This document shows positions 8,387-18,634 of a DNA stretch of 64,000 nt, one piece after another. How positions within the stretch are numbered: the stretch's first letter is position 1; the number at the start of each line of letters is the position of its first letter. Under the pieces are notes generated by a model that saw nothing but the letters and a program-made list of their open reading frames with translations, had not been told where the DNA came from and ran no database searches. The DNA is from an uncultured Gemmatimonadota bacterium (GTDB lineage: Bacteria; Gemmatimonadota; Gemmatimonadetes; Palauibacterales; Palauibacteraceae), in NCBI GenBank assembly GCA_964509895.1, contig CAZDZJ010000118.1:4207-68206 (forward strand), read 5' to 3'. Both the position numbers and the translations under genes were made by a program.

Positions 8387-9181
8387 GTGGTTCGCCTTAT
8401 TGAACGGTACCTGGCGGACATCGGTCGCGAGAGGCTCCTCGAGCCGGAAGACGAGGTGGAACTCGCGCGCCGATGTCGGGCCGGCGACGAGGCGGCGCGG
8501 CGCAGGCTCGTAAGCGCCAACCTCCGCTTCGTCGTGTCCGTCGCTCGCTACTACCGGGGCCGGGGCGTCCCGTTCGCCGACCTCGTGAACGAAGGGAACC
8601 TGGGGCTCGTGCGCGCCGCCGACCGTTTCGATCCGGAGCGTGGCGTCCGCTTCATCAGCTACGCACACTACTGGGTGCGGCGAGCGATGGCCCGTGCCGT
8701 TGACGAGCAGGGCGAACGCCTGCTGCCCGGAGGCTCCGCCACGCAGCGTGTCTCTCTGGACGAGCCGGCTCCGGGGGCCGGCTGCACCTTCGAGGAGTTG
8801 CTGCCCGACGAGCAGACGCCCGAGCCGGGAGCCGGGCTGATTCGAGAACGGCTGCGCAGGGCCATCGAGGGGAGTCTGGCCGAGCTGCCGGCCCTCGAAT
8901 CGGAGGCGGTTCGCCGCTACTTCGGGCTGGGGTTCGAGTGCCCGCAGACGCTGAGCCAGATCTCGCTGGCGCTCGACGTGTCACGGGAGCGGGCGCGGCA
9001 GCTCAAGGACCGTGGCCTCTCGCGACTGCGCGCGGGCGCCGAAGGGTCCGGGCTCGTGCGCTTCGTGAATGACGGAGCTCCGCGGGCCGGCAGGCCCCCC
9101 CGCGGCCGCGCGTCGCGCGCACACCCGGCCCGCGAAGACGTTCTTTCGCTCGCGATTGACTTCATGCGAGGGGCTGAATAG
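8387..9181 (+). CDS. Sigma-70 family RNA polymerase sigma factor (RpoD/RpoS-like regions 1.2, 2 and 4; region 3 largely missing)
   Basis: YLADIGRERLLEPEDEVELA (1.2), ANLRFVVSVAR..Y..DLVNEGNLGLVRAADRFDPERG.RFISYA (region 2), TLSQI...DVSRERARQL (region 4 HTH). Confidence 0.88.
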   Translation: MVRLIERYLADIGRERLLEPEDEVELARRCRAGDEAARRRLVSANLRFVVSVARYYRGRGVPFADLVNEGNLGLVRAADRFDPERGVRFISYAHYWVRRAMARAVDEQGERLLPGGSATQRVSLDEPAPGAGCTFEELLPDEQTPEPGAGLIRERLRRAIEGSLAELPALESEAVRRYFGLGFECPQTLSQISLALDVSRERARQLKDRGLSRLRAGAEGSGLVRFVNDGAPRAGRPPRGRASRAHPAREDVLSLAIDFMRGAE

Positions 9182-9184
9182 CTT
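9156..9184 (+). promoter_or_regulatory. Sigma-70 promoter for the rplM operon
   Basis: TTGACT (9156-9161), 17-nt spacer, TAGCTT (9179-9184). Confidence 0.65.
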
Positions 9185-9213
9185 CACGGGCTATCATTTT
9201 CACGCGCTCGGCA

Positions 9214-9237
9214 GCCGTCCCGCCGGGCGGTTTTTTT
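9214..9237 (+). terminator. Hairpin plus T7, between the rplM promoter and the rplM start
   Basis: GCCGTCC-CGCC-GGGCGGT followed by a T7 run (9231-9237). Confidence 0.6.
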
Positions 9238-9253
9238 GAGGTAGACAGAACGA

Positions 9254-9691
9254 ATGAAGACGTATTCGGTGAAGGCCGGGGAGATCGAACGGGACTGGTA
9301 TGTGGTGGACGCCGCGGACCAGGTCCTCGGCCGTCTCGCGACCCGCATCGCGACCGTCCTTCGCGGAAAGCACAAGCCGATCTACAGCACGCATCTCGAT
9401 ACCGGCGACTATGTCGTCGTGGTGAACGCCGAGCGTGTGCGGCTGACCGGGAGCAAAGCGGATCAGAAGGAATATTTCCGGCATTCCGGCTACATGGGCG
9501 GAGAGCGCTTCATCCCCTTCCGTCGCATGCTGAACCGACACCCCGACCGGGTGATCAAGCTGGCCGTGAAAGGCATGCTGCCGAAGAACACGCTCGGCCG
9601 GCAGATGCTCGGAAAGTTGAAAGTGTACGCGGGGCCGGAGCATCCGCACGCGCCCCAGCGCCCCCGCCCCTTCGAGACCGTCTCGGGGTAG
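9254..9691 (+). CDS. rplM: 50S ribosomal protein L13
   Basis: [49 protein letters not shown]. Confidence 0.98.
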   Translation: MKTYSVKAGEIERDWYVVDAADQVLGRLATRIATVLRGKHKPIYSTHLDTGDYVVVVNAERVRLTGSKADQKEYFRHSGYMGGERFIPFRRMLNRHPDRVIKLAVKGMLPKNTLGRQMLGKLKVYAGPEHPHAPQRPRPFETVSG

Positions 9692-9727
9692 CGGGAGCGC
9701 GCGCGGGCCCTGCCAGGGAGACGAGAG

Positions 9728-10123
9728 TTGGCGGAAACGGAACAGGTCCAGTCGGTCGGACGCCGGAAGCGGTCGGTGTCGCGCATCACGATGAAGCGTG
9801 GTGTAGGCTCCGTGCAGGTGAATGGGCGGGCGTTCGAGGAGTACTTCACGATCCCGCGGCACCGTTCGCTCATCGCGGCGCCGCTCGATGTCACGGGGAC
9901 CCGGGCCTCGTACGATATCGCCGTTCGGGTTCGGGGAGGCGGAATCACCGGCCAGGCCGAGGCGACGCGCCTGGGTATCGCGCGCGCCCTCCTCGCGATG
10001 GATGAGGACCGCCGGCGAACGCTGCGGTCCCATGGCATGCTGACCCGCGATCCGCGCATCGTCGAACGGAAGAAGCCGGGTCGTCCCAAGGCGCGCAAGC
10101 GCTTCCAGTTCTCCAAACGATAG
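9728..10123 (+). CDS. rpsI: 30S ribosomal protein S9
   Basis: GRRKRSV.R, GGGITGQAEA.RLGIARAL, LTRDPRIVERKKPGRPKARKRFQFSKR. TTG start. Confidence 0.98.
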   Translation: MAETEQVQSVGRRKRSVSRITMKRGVGSVQVNGRAFEEYFTIPRHRSLIAAPLDVTGTRASYDIAVRVRGGGITGQAEATRLGIARALLAMDEDRRRTLRSHGMLTRDPRIVERKKPGRPKARKRFQFSKR

Positions 10124-10146
10124 CGGGAAGGCGGAAAGCCGAACGC

Positions 10147-11169
10147 ATGGGCGTCGAGTTGCAGGACCTCCTGAAGGCGGGCGTACACTTCGGGCACCAG
10201 ACACATCGCTGGAACCCGAAGATGCGGAAATACATCTTCGCCGAGTGCGGCGGGATCTACCTCATCGACCTCAAGAAGACGCAGCGGGAGCTCGGGCGGG
10301 CACACGAGTTGGTGCGTCAGACGGTCGTCGGCGGCAAGTCGGTGCTCTTCGTGTGCACGAAGCCGCAGCTCGCCCGCGTCGTGCGAGAGGAGGCCGAGCG
10401 CTGCAGTTCGTTCTATGTCACGGAACGGTGGCTGGGCGGGATGCTCACGAACTTCCAGACGATCAAGAAGAACATCGCTCGCCTGAAGGAACTCGAGCGG
10501 GGCGTCGAGGAAGGGGCGTTCGAGTATTACACGAAGAAGGAGCGGCTGCTCCTCGAGCGCGAGCGCGAGAAGCTGGACCGTTATCTGTCCGGCATCAAGG
10601 AGATGACGCGCCTCCCCGGGCTCGTGTTCGTGGTGGATTCCACCCGCGAGGAGATCGCGGTGCGCGAGGCGAACCGCCTCGGCATCCCGGTCGTTGCGAT
10701 CGCGGACACGAACGCGGATCCCGACCTCCTCACCATCGCCATCGCGGGCAACGATGACGCGATTCGCTCGGTCTCCCTGATCACGCGTTCGGTGGCGGAC
10801 GTCGTGGAGGCGGCGCGTCGCGAGATCCCCGAGGCGGGGCGGGAAGAGGCCGAGTCCCAGGCGTACACGTATTCGAGCGACGCCGGAGGGGTCGCCGAGG
10901 CCGCGGCAGGCTCTCGACGACGAAGGCCGCGGCGAAAGCCCCGCCCCGAAGTCATCGCGCAGCGACTGCATCACCCGGCCGTGATCGAGGGCGCCGACGG
11001 TGAAGCCGACGCCGTCGACGGCGATGCGACGGCGGAGGCGGCCGACGATGAAGCAGAGGCCGAGGACGCGAAGGCCGAGGTGGCCGACAACCCGGAGCCC
11101 GCGGCGGACGCCGGATCGGAGGGTGCCGAAGCGGCGGTTGTCGGAGAGGTGGGTTCAGAAGAGAAGTGA
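10147..11169 (+). CDS. rpsB: 30S ribosomal protein S2 with a long C-terminal extension
   Basis: [45 protein letters not shown]. Confidence 0.98.
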   Translation: MGVELQDLLKAGVHFGHQTHRWNPKMRKYIFAECGGIYLIDLKKTQRELGRAHELVRQTVVGGKSVLFVCTKPQLARVVREEAERCSSFYVTERWLGGMLTNFQTIKKNIARLKELERGVEEGAFEYYTKKERLLLEREREKLDRYLSGIKEMTRLPGLVFVVDSTREEIAVREANRLGIPVVAIADTNADPDLLTIAIAGNDDAIRSVSLITRSVADVVEAARREIPEAGREEAESQAYTYSSDAGGVAEAAAGSRRRRPRRKPRPEVIAQRLHHPAVIEGADGEADAVDGDATAEAADDEAEAEDAKAEVADNPEPAADAGSEGAEAAVVGEVGSEEK

Positions 11170-11173
11170 CCGC

Positions 11174-11202
11174 AAGGGGCCGCTTCGGTGGCCCTTTTTT
11201 TT
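11174..11202 (+). terminator. Intrinsic terminator between rpsB and tsf
   Basis: AAGGGGCCGC-TTCG-GTGGCCCTTT followed by a T run to 11202. Confidence 0.75.
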
Positions 11203-11213
11203 GAGAAGGAGAC

Positions 11214-12071
11214 ATGGAAACCATGACGCAGATTACGGCCGGGGCGGTCAAGGCTCTCCGCGACCGGACAGGCGCCGGGATGATGGACTGCAAGCGCGCC
11301 CTCATCGAATCGGCGGGGGATACGGAGCGGGCCATCGACCTGCTCAGGAAGGCGGGCGCGGCGAAGGCGGCGAAGCGCGTGGCGCGCGCGGTGTCGGAGG
11401 GCACGATCCGCATCGCGAAGCGCGACGGGGCCGCCGCGATGGTCGAGGTGCTGAGCGAGACGGATTTCGTCGCGCGCAGCGAGGCGTTCGAGGGTTTTTC
11501 CCGAGATCTCGCGGATCGGATGCTCGACCTCCCGGTGCCGGACGGGGAGACCCTGCAGGGCGATGCGCTCATGCGCCTCGAGGGCGGAGGCGAGATCGAG
11601 AGCCGCCTCAACGAGTTGCGGGTCCAGGTCGGCGAAAACGTCCAGGTGGGACGCGCCGTCCGCTACGACCTCGGCGAGGGCGGGGCCTTCGCGTCCTACG
11701 TGCACTTCGGGAGTCGCATCGGCGTGCTGGTGGAGGTCTCCGATGCCGGCCGCGCGGCGATGGAGGCCGCGCGTGGGATCGCGATGCACGCGGCGGCCAC
11801 GAATCCGCGCGGCGTGTCCCCCGACGACATTCCGCCGGAGGAGGTCGACCGCGAACGCAAGCTGCTGACCGAGCAGGCGCTGGAGCAGGGCAAGCCGGCC
11901 TCGATCACCGAGAAGATCGTGGAGGGCCGCATGCGCAAGTTCTACGAGGAGAACGCGCTCCTGTGGCAGGCGTACGTGCGGGATCCGGACCTGACGGTGA
12001 AGGACGTCCTGCGCGAGGCCGGCGAGGGCCTGGCGGTTCGGCGTTTCGTCCGCTTCGAGGTGGGCGGCTGA
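11214..12071 (+). CDS. tsf: Translation elongation factor Ts
   Basis: [53 protein letters not shown]. Confidence 0.97.
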   Translation: METMTQITAGAVKALRDRTGAGMMDCKRALIESAGDTERAIDLLRKAGAAKAAKRVARAVSEGTIRIAKRDGAAAMVEVLSETDFVARSEAFEGFSRDLADRMLDLPVPDGETLQGDALMRLEGGGEIESRLNELRVQVGENVQVGRAVRYDLGEGGAFASYVHFGSRIGVLVEVSDAGRAAMEAARGIAMHAAATNPRGVSPDDIPPEEVDRERKLLTEQALEQGKPASITEKIVEGRMRKFYEENALLWQAYVRDPDLTVKDVLREAGEGLAVRRFVRFEVGG

Positions 12072-12811
12072 GTCCCGCGGAGCGGCACCCCGGGGCGGCG
12101 GGCGACCTCAAATACCGCCGCGCCCTCGTGAAGCTCTCCGGCGAGTCGCTCGCCGGAAACCGGGGCTTCGGGATCGACCCACCGGTCATCGAGGAACTCA
12201 CGCACGAAATCCGGCGGGTCCACGAGAGCGGCGTGAGCCTGGGACTCGTGGTGGGCGGCGGAAACATCATGCGCGGGACGGTGGCCAGCGCAGGCGGCAT
12301 GGATCGGGTGAGCGCCGACTACATGGGCATGCTCGCCACCGTGATCAACGCGATGGCGCTACAGGACATGCTCGAGCAGTCCGGCGTGGAGACGCGCGTC
12401 ATGTCCGCCATCCGCATGGAGGCGCTGGCGGAGCCCTACATCCGGCGTCGTGCCCTGCGTCACCTCGAGAAGGGCAGGGTCGTGATCTTCGCCGGAGGCA
12501 CCGGAAACCCGTATTTTTCGACAGATACGGCGGCCGTGCTGCGGGCGATCGAGATGGAAGCCCACGTGATCATGAAGGCGACGCGCGTCGACGGCGTGTA
12601 CACGGCGGATCCGGAGACGGATCCGGATGCATCGCTCATCGACGAGATCGGCTACCTCGAGGTGATGACCCGCGAACTCGGCGTCATGGACGCGGCGGCG
12701 GTCTCGCTGTGCAAGGAGAATTCGCTGCCCATCGTCGTCTTGAACATCAAGCGGCCGGGTGCAATCCTGGCAGCGTTGCGAGGCGAGAGGATCGGAACCC
12801 TCGTCGGGTAG
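12068..12811 (+). CDS. pyrH: Uridylate kinase
   Basis: [50 protein letters not shown]. The start is inferred as CTG 12068, overlapping the tsf stop; the first canonical start (GTG 12128) lies inside the conserved motif. Confidence 0.95.
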   Translation: MSPAERHPGAAGDLKYRRALVKLSGESLAGNRGFGIDPPVIEELTHEIRRVHESGVSLGLVVGGGNIMRGTVASAGGMDRVSADYMGMLATVINAMALQDMLEQSGVETRVMSAIRMEALAEPYIRRRALRHLEKGRVVIFAGGTGNPYFSTDTAAVLRAIEMEAHVIMKATRVDGVYTADPETDPDASLIDEIGYLEVMTRELGVMDAAAVSLCKENSLPIVVLNIKRPGAILAALRGERIGTLVG

Positions 12812-12862
12812 GCACGGCCTGCCTGCCACGGTCGCGCCCGCATGCGCGAAGATCGGAGGGGC

Positions 12863-13423
12863 ATGGTGCCGGAGGAGACGCTGGAATACGCGGTCCTGGC
12901 GATGGAGAGCGCGGTAGAGGCGATCGCGAAGGAATTCGCCACGGTGCGCACCGGCAAGGCGACGACCGCGATTCTCGACGGAGTGAGGGTCGAAGCCTAC
13001 GGCTCGCTCGTGCAGTTGAGGCAGGTGGCCAACGTCAGCGCCCCGGAACCGACGATGCTGGTGGTCCAGCCGTACGATCCGAACATCGCCGGGGACGTTG
13101 CCCGGGCGATTCAGAGCGGCGATCTCGGGCTCAACCCATCCGTGGACGGTCCCATCGTGCGGGTGCCCATCCCGCCGCTCACCGAGGAACGCCGCCGGGA
13201 ATTCGTCAAGGTTCTGCACCGGATGGCGGAGGAGGGGCGGGTGTCGATCCGGCACGCGCGACACGAAGCGCGCGACCGGCTCCTCAAGATGCAGCGCGAC
13301 GGGGAGGTCGGTGAGGACATCTGCCGCCGCACGATGACCGAGGTGCAGACACACACGGACGAGTACGTGAGGAAGATCGACGAGATGCTGGCGCGCAGGG
13401 AAGCGGAGGTGATGGAGGTTTGA
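12863..13423 (+). CDS. frr: Ribosome recycling factor
   Basis: EFATVRTGKA...LDG.RVEAYG, LGLNP..DG..VRVPIPPLTEERR.E.VK, E.RVSIRHARHEA. Confidence 0.97.
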   Translation: MVPEETLEYAVLAMESAVEAIAKEFATVRTGKATTAILDGVRVEAYGSLVQLRQVANVSAPEPTMLVVQPYDPNIAGDVARAIQSGDLGLNPSVDGPIVRVPIPPLTEERRREFVKVLHRMAEEGRVSIRHARHEARDRLLKMQRDGEVGEDICRRTMTEVQTHTDEYVRKIDEMLARREAEVMEV

Positions 13424-13671
13424 GCAGACCGAAGAACGTCACCGGTGCCCTTCACGCATACGTGACCGGGCGCGATCGCGTCTGGGAGCACGGGCGCAAG
13501 CTCGGCCGATCCGGGGCTCCCTCCGGGGATCCTTCCGGCGAGCCCCCGCCGGAAATCGCGTTCGGCCAGTTGCCGGCGAGGCCGCAGTTCGGCGTGTCCG
13601 TGGCCGAGGAGCTGGACTTCCGCCGGGGCCCGGCGGCCTGGCGCGACCGTCCCCGGCAGGGAGATTCCTGA
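13420..13671 (+). CDS. Small hypothetical protein (83 aa) translationally coupled between frr and tilS
   Basis: The TTG start overlaps the frr stop (TTGA), its stop overlaps the in-frame CTG upstream of tilS, and it fills the gap exactly. No recognisable motif. Confidence 0.5.
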   Translation: MSRPKNVTGALHAYVTGRDRVWEHGRKLGRSGAPSGDPSGEPPPEIAFGQLPARPQFGVSVAEELDFRRGPAAWRDRPRQGDS

Positions 13672-15056
13672 CGGTCGGCACCGACACCCTGCCAGCTTCG
13701 GGGGCTTTCGCGGAGGCGCGCCTCGCGCGGGTGCTCGGCGCCGCTCCCGCGCTGCTGCCGCGGGACTCTTCCGTGCTCGTGGCATTTTCCGGCGGGTCCG
13801 ATTCGGTCGCGCTGCTTCATCTCCTGCGCTCCCTTGCCGCGTCGTGGCGGCTGGAGCTCTCCGCCGCCCACTTCGACCACGGTCTCGAGCCCGGGAGCGC
13901 GGCGCGGGCCGAATGGGCGGCCGCACATTGCCGCCACGTCGGCGTTCCGCTGCTCATGGATCGTGTCACCGGACTCGAGGGCGGCCACGGGGCATGGCGC
14001 ACGGCCCGGTACGCCTTCCTGGAGGAAGCGAGGCGCGAGGTCGGCGCGGATCGGGTCGCCCTCGCCCATCAGCGCGATGACCACGTGGAGACCGTTTTGC
14101 TGAACCTCCTGCGTGGCCCCGGCTATCGCGGTCTCGCCGGCATCCCCGCTCGTCGCGGGGTATTCGTGCGCCCCCTGCTCGGCTTCCGGCGGGAGGAGTT
14201 GCGGGACTATCTCCGTGCTGAGGGGCGGGAGTGGCTGGAGGATCCCGCGAATCGAGATCTACGGCACCGGCGCTCACGGGTGCGGTACGGGCTGCTTCCG
14301 GCGCTGGCCGACCGGGAACCGCCCGTCCGGGACGCACTGGCGGAACTCGGACGGCATGCACGCGTCGCGGAGGGTGGCCTCGAAGCGCACGCCCGGCGGC
14401 TCCTTTCCGCCGCGGGATACCGCGAAAGCGGCGGCGGGGCGCAAATTGCCCGGCCCCCACTGCTGGGGTATGATCGGGCGGCTCGCGGGCGCATGCTGCG
14501 CGTGGTCGCCCGCGACCTGGGGTTTCGGCTGTCGCGAGGCGCGACCGCGGCGGGCGCCGCATTCATCGGCACGGGGGAGAGCGGCCACGGGGTCGATGTC
14601 GCAGCGGGTCTGCGGGTCGAGCGGGAGTTCGACCGGATTCACCTGCGACGGGCCCGCCGGGCGCCGTCCGACCGCGAGGCCGAGATCGATCCGGCGCCCG
14701 CCGACCGGTCGGGGCGGACGCGGATCCGCCTCGGGGGGAGCGTGTACGAGGTTCGCTGGGGGGCCCTCGATGGAACGGAGCGTTGGGCCACGGCGTTTCC
14801 CGCACACGAGGTGCGCTTCCCGATCCGCGTGCGGGGGCCGAAGCCCGGGGACCGGATCCGCACCCCGGCCGGGTCACGAAGGCTTGCGAAACTGTTGATG
14901 GAGCGCCGCGTGCCGGTCTCGGATCGCTCCGGGGTCCCGGTCGTCGTGAACGCCGACGGGAGCGTGCTGTGGGTCCCCGGACGCGCCAGGTCGGCGGCGG
15001 AACCGTCCGACCCTGACGGAACATGGTTCGCCATCGGAGTCCAATGGATTCACTGA
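13668..15056 (+). CDS. tilS: tRNA(Ile)-lysidine synthetase
   Basis: VAFSGGSDSVALL (PP-loop), AHFDHGL, ALAHQRDDHVET.LLNL.RG, RPLL, EDPANRD..HRRSRVR. Start is either CTG 13668 (coupled) or GTG 13731. Confidence 0.93.
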   Translation: MTVGTDTLPASGAFAEARLARVLGAAPALLPRDSSVLVAFSGGSDSVALLHLLRSLAASWRLELSAAHFDHGLEPGSAARAEWAAAHCRHVGVPLLMDRVTGLEGGHGAWRTARYAFLEEARREVGADRVALAHQRDDHVETVLLNLLRGPGYRGLAGIPARRGVFVRPLLGFRREELRDYLRAEGREWLEDPANRDLRHRRSRVRYGLLPALADREPPVRDALAELGRHARVAEGGLEAHARRLLSAAGYRESGGGAQIARPPLLGYDRAARGRMLRVVARDLGFRLSRGATAAGAAFIGTGESGHGVDVAAGLRVEREFDRIHLRRARRAPSDREAEIDPAPADRSGRTRIRLGGSVYEVRWGALDGTERWATAFPAHEVRFPIRVRGPKPGDRIRTPAGSRRLAKLLMERRVPVSDRSGVPVVVNADGSVLWVPGRARSAAEPSDPDGTWFAIGVQWIH

Positions 15057-15637
15057 GGGATGAGACCGCCGCAACCAGGGCCGCGGAACGCGAGTTCTCG
15101 GAGTATACGGGAGGCGAGCCCCTCGGGCGCATCGTCTACTCCGCTTCGGAGATCTCGGCCCGCGTCGCCCGCATGGGCGCCGACATTACGGCCGCCTATC
15201 CTCCGGACGCCGATGTCCTGCTGCTCGGCCTGCTGAAGGGTTCGTTCGTGTTCCTCGGCGACCTGGTTCGCCAGATCCGGCGTCCGCTGCAGGTCGACTT
15301 CCTCGTCGCCTCGAGCTACGGCACGGGCACGAAGAGTTCCGGGACCGTGGAACTCCTCTACGACCCGCGTGCCCCGATGGCCGGCCGGCACATCGTCATC
15401 GTCGAAGACATCGTGGACAGCGGCACGACGCTGAATCAGCTCTGCGGCGGGATCGCCGAGCGAGGCCCGGCCTCCGTCGAGATCTGCGCGCTCCTCCACA
15501 AGCGTATCGCGCCGGATCTCGCGTGGGAGCCCCGGTGGGTTGGTTTCGATGCGCCAAATGAGTTCCTTGTGGGGTATGGGTTGGATCACGCGGAGGATTT
15601 TCGCCACCTTCCCTTCATCGCGTGTCCCCGGACGTGA
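15044..15637 (+). CDS. hpt: Hypoxanthine phosphoribosyltransferase
   Basis: LLKGSFVFLGDL.R, VIVEDIVDSGTTL (PRPP-binding loop), FLVGYGLD.AE.FR.LP. Confidence 0.95.
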   Translation: MDSLRDETAATRAAEREFSEYTGGEPLGRIVYSASEISARVARMGADITAAYPPDADVLLLGLLKGSFVFLGDLVRQIRRPLQVDFLVASSYGTGTKSSGTVELLYDPRAPMAGRHIVIVEDIVDSGTTLNQLCGGIAERGPASVEICALLHKRIAPDLAWEPRWVGFDAPNEFLVGYGLDHAEDFRHLPFIACPRT

Positions 15638-15698
15638 GCCGCACAAGGGACATCCGCAGGCGAGAAATCGGAGTCGGAACAGGTCGGAATAAAGAAAA

Positions 15699-17699
15699 AT
15701 GAGACAAGACCAGCCGCAGAAGCCGGACGGAGGCGACCCGTCGGGCCGGATGAATCGATGGCTCAGGACCGCTTCGTTCTGGGCCCTGCTGATTCTCGTC
15801 CCGGTCGCTCTTCTCCAGTTCATGGGCGGCGCCCGGGAGAGCCGCGAGACGCTTAGCTATACGGAGTTCCGCCAGCAGATCACGCAGGGGAACATTGAGT
15901 CGATCGAGGTACGCCTCGGAACCGGCGAGGTCGAGGGCCGGCTCCGAAGCGTGATCACGGTCGACGGGGCCGAGATCGCGAACTTCCATCTCCTTCTCCC
16001 GACGCGGGAGATCGGCGACGAGTTGATGAGCGAGCTTCTCGCGGCCGACATCGCGATCGAGACGCTTCCCGCCAGGAGCAACTGGCTCAACGTCTTCATC
16101 TCGATCCTTCCGTGGATCTTCATCATCGGACTCTGGCTGTTCGTCTTCCGCCAGATGCAGGCCGGAGGGTCGCGGGCGTTCAGCTTCGGCAAGTCGAAGG
16201 CCCGGCTCCTGAGCGGAGACACGCCGAAGATCACCTTCGCCGACGTGGCGGGGTGCGATGAGGCGAAGGACGAACTGCAGGAGATCATCGAGTTCCTGAA
16301 GGACCCGCGGAAGTTCTCGCGCCTGGGCGGGCGCCTGCCGAAGGGTGCGCTCCTCGTCGGCCCCCCCGGGACGGGCAAGACCCTCCTCGCGCGTGCGGTG
16401 GCCGGCGAGGCCGGACGGCCGTTCTTTTCGATGTCGGGTTCCGATTTCGTTGAGATGTTCGTCGGCGTGGGCGCCTCCCGCGTCCGCGACCTCTTCGAAC
16501 AGGGGAAGGCACAGGCGCCCTGCATCATCTTCATCGACGAGATCGACGCGGTCGGCCGCCACCGCGGGGCCGGTCTCGGGGGCGGACACGACGAGCGGGA
16601 ACAGACGCTGAACCAGCTGCTCGTCGAGATGGATGGCTTCGAGTCGAACGAAGGCGTGATCCTCCTCGCGGCGACGAACCGGCCGGATGTACTCGATCCG
16701 GCGCTCCTGCGCCCGGGCCGATTCGACCGTCAGATCGTCGTCGACAATCCCGACATCAAGGGGCGGGAAGGGATCTTCCAGGTGCACACGCAGGACATCC
16801 CGCTCGCCGAGGATGTCGATCTCGCGGTGCTGGCCAAGGGAACGCCCGGCCTCTCGGGCGCGGATATCGAGAACGTCGTGAACGAGGCGGCGCTCATCGC
16901 GGCGCGGGAGGACAAGGACCGCGTCTACATGGAGGAGTTCGAGCGGGCGAAGGACAAGGTCATGCTCGGCACGGAGCGGCGCAGCATGGTGATCTCGGAG
17001 GAGGAGCGGAAAGTCACCGCGTACCACGAGGCGGGGCATGCCGTGGTCGCCCTCCGGGTCCTCGGCCTGGACCCGCTCCACAAGGTCACGATCGTGCCGC
17101 GCGGACGAGCCCTCGGGATCACGGCCTCGCTGCCCGAGGAGGACCGCCACAACTACACGAAGGAATGGCTCGAGGGGCAGCTCAAGATGCTCTTCGGCGG
17201 CCGCGTGGCCGAGGAGATGATGTTCGGCGACGGCAAGATCACGACGGGAGCGGGGAACGACATCGAGCGCGCGACGGATCTCGCGCGCCGCATGGTCACC
17301 CAGTTCGGCATGTCACCGGCCGTGGGCGCGATGGCGGTCGGGGACCGGGAACAGGAAGTCTTCCTCGGACGCGACCTGTCGCAGCGGCGCGAGGTCAGCG
17401 AGAAGACGGCCGAACTCGTGGATGGCGAGATCAAGCGGATCCTGGATGAGTCGTACGCCGCGACGCACACCGTCCTCGAAGAGAACCGCGAGCTCCTCGA
17501 GTCGATCGCGGAGGCGCTCCTGGAGCGTGAGACGCTCGATTCGGAGGACATCAAACTGCTGGAGGAAGGGGAGGAGCTGCCCGAGCTCGTTTCCGAACCC
17601 GTCCGTCCGACGCCTGCGCCGGCTGCCGTGGAGCCCGCGCCGCAACGAGAACGTCCGCTGGAGGGCGCGGGCGGCGAGCCCGCCCCGGCCCCGGCCTAG
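15699..17699 (+). CDS. ftsH: ATP-dependent zinc metalloprotease FtsH
   Basis: Two TM segments, [43 protein letters not shown] (HExxH), [11 protein letters not shown]. Confidence 0.98.
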   Translation: MRQDQPQKPDGGDPSGRMNRWLRTASFWALLILVPVALLQFMGGARESRETLSYTEFRQQITQGNIESIEVRLGTGEVEGRLRSVITVDGAEIANFHLLLPTREIGDELMSELLAADIAIETLPARSNWLNVFISILPWIFIIGLWLFVFRQMQAGGSRAFSFGKSKARLLSGDTPKITFADVAGCDEAKDELQEIIEFLKDPRKFSRLGGRLPKGALLVGPPGTGKTLLARAVAGEAGRPFFSMSGSDFVEMFVGVGASRVRDLFEQGKAQAPCIIFIDEIDAVGRHRGAGLGGGHDEREQTLNQLLVEMDGFESNEGVILLAATNRPDVLDPALLRPGRFDRQIVVDNPDIKGREGIFQVHTQDIPLAEDVDLAVLAKGTPGLSGADIENVVNEAALIAAREDKDRVYMEEFERAKDKVMLGTERRSMVISEEERKVTAYHEAGHAVVALRVLGLDPLHKVTIVPRGRALGITASLPEEDRHNYTKEWLEGQLKMLFGGRVAEEMMFGDGKITTGAGNDIERATDLARRMVTQFGMSPAVGAMAVGDREQEVFLGRDLSQRREVSEKTAELVDGEIKRILDESYAATHTVLEENRELLESIAEALLERETLDSEDIKLLEEGEELPELVSEPVRPTPAPAAVEPAPQRERPLEGAGGEPAPAPA

Positions 17700-17716
17700 G
17701 ACACCAGGTCGCGCGG

Positions 17717-18634
17717 ATGGGGCTCTCCACGGTCGGGGCGGCGCGCGTCTGGCGGATGGGCGACCGAAAACTCTCCCTCGACAGGCCTCTGGTCGCGGGC
17801 ATACTGAACGTCACGCCCGATTCGTTCTCGGACGGCGGGCGGTTCGAGCGGCCGCGTGCGGCGATTGCGCGCGGCCGGCAGATCGCCGTGGACGGAGCGG
17901 CGATCCTCGATGTCGGAGCCGAGTCCACGCGGCCCGGTGCCGATCCGGTCCCCGCCGGGGAGGAATGGGCCCGACTCGAACCTGTGCTCCACGGGCTCCG
18001 CGACCTCCCGATCCCCATCTCGGTGGATACATCCAAGCTCGAAGTTGCGGAGCGGGCGGTCGACGCCGGCGCGGCCGCGATCAACGATGTGACGGCCCTG
18101 CGCGGCGACCCCGGCCTGGCGCGTCTCGCCGCCCGGACCGGAGCCGGGCTCGTACTCATGCACATGCGCGGCACGCCGCGGACAATGCAGCTCGACACGG
18201 CCTACGGGGATGTCGCCCTGGAGGTGCGCGGCTTCCTCGCCGACGCGCGGCGGGCGGCGCTCGAGGCGGGTTGTGAACCGGAGCAGGTGGCGGTCGATCC
18301 GGGGCTCGGTTTCGGCAAGTCCGTGGACGGCAATCTCGAGCTGCTCGCCCGGCTCGACGAGATCGCGTCGCTCGGGGCGCCCGTGTGGGTTGGCCCGTCG
18401 CGCAAGTCGTTCCTCGGGGCGCTCCTCGATGCCGGGTCCGACGAGCGCGTCACGGGCACGGTTGCCGCCTGCCTGGCCGCGGCCCGGCGCGGCGCCGCTG
18501 TGCTGCGGGTGCACGACGTCCGCGAGACGCGGCAGGCGCTCGACGTCGAGGCCGCCATCGATGCGCGCCGCGCGGGCGGCGCCCGGGGCACGCGGCCCGG
18601 CGTGCGCACGCGCGCGGCAGGAGGGCACAGCTGA
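17717..18634 (+). CDS. folP: Dihydropteroate synthase
   Basis: GILNVTPDSFSDGG, LDVGAESTRPG, ISVDT, VLMHM.GTP..MQ, DPGLGFGK, GPSRKSF, LRVHDV. Confidence 0.96.
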   Translation: MGLSTVGAARVWRMGDRKLSLDRPLVAGILNVTPDSFSDGGRFERPRAAIARGRQIAVDGAAILDVGAESTRPGADPVPAGEEWARLEPVLHGLRDLPIPISVDTSKLEVAERAVDAGAAAINDVTALRGDPGLARLAARTGAGLVLMHMRGTPRTMQLDTAYGDVALEVRGFLADARRAALEAGCEPEQVAVDPGLGFGKSVDGNLELLARLDEIASLGAPVWVGPSRKSFLGALLDAGSDERVTGTVAACLAAARRGAAVLRVHDVRETRQALDVEAAIDARRAGGARGTRPGVRTRAAGGHS

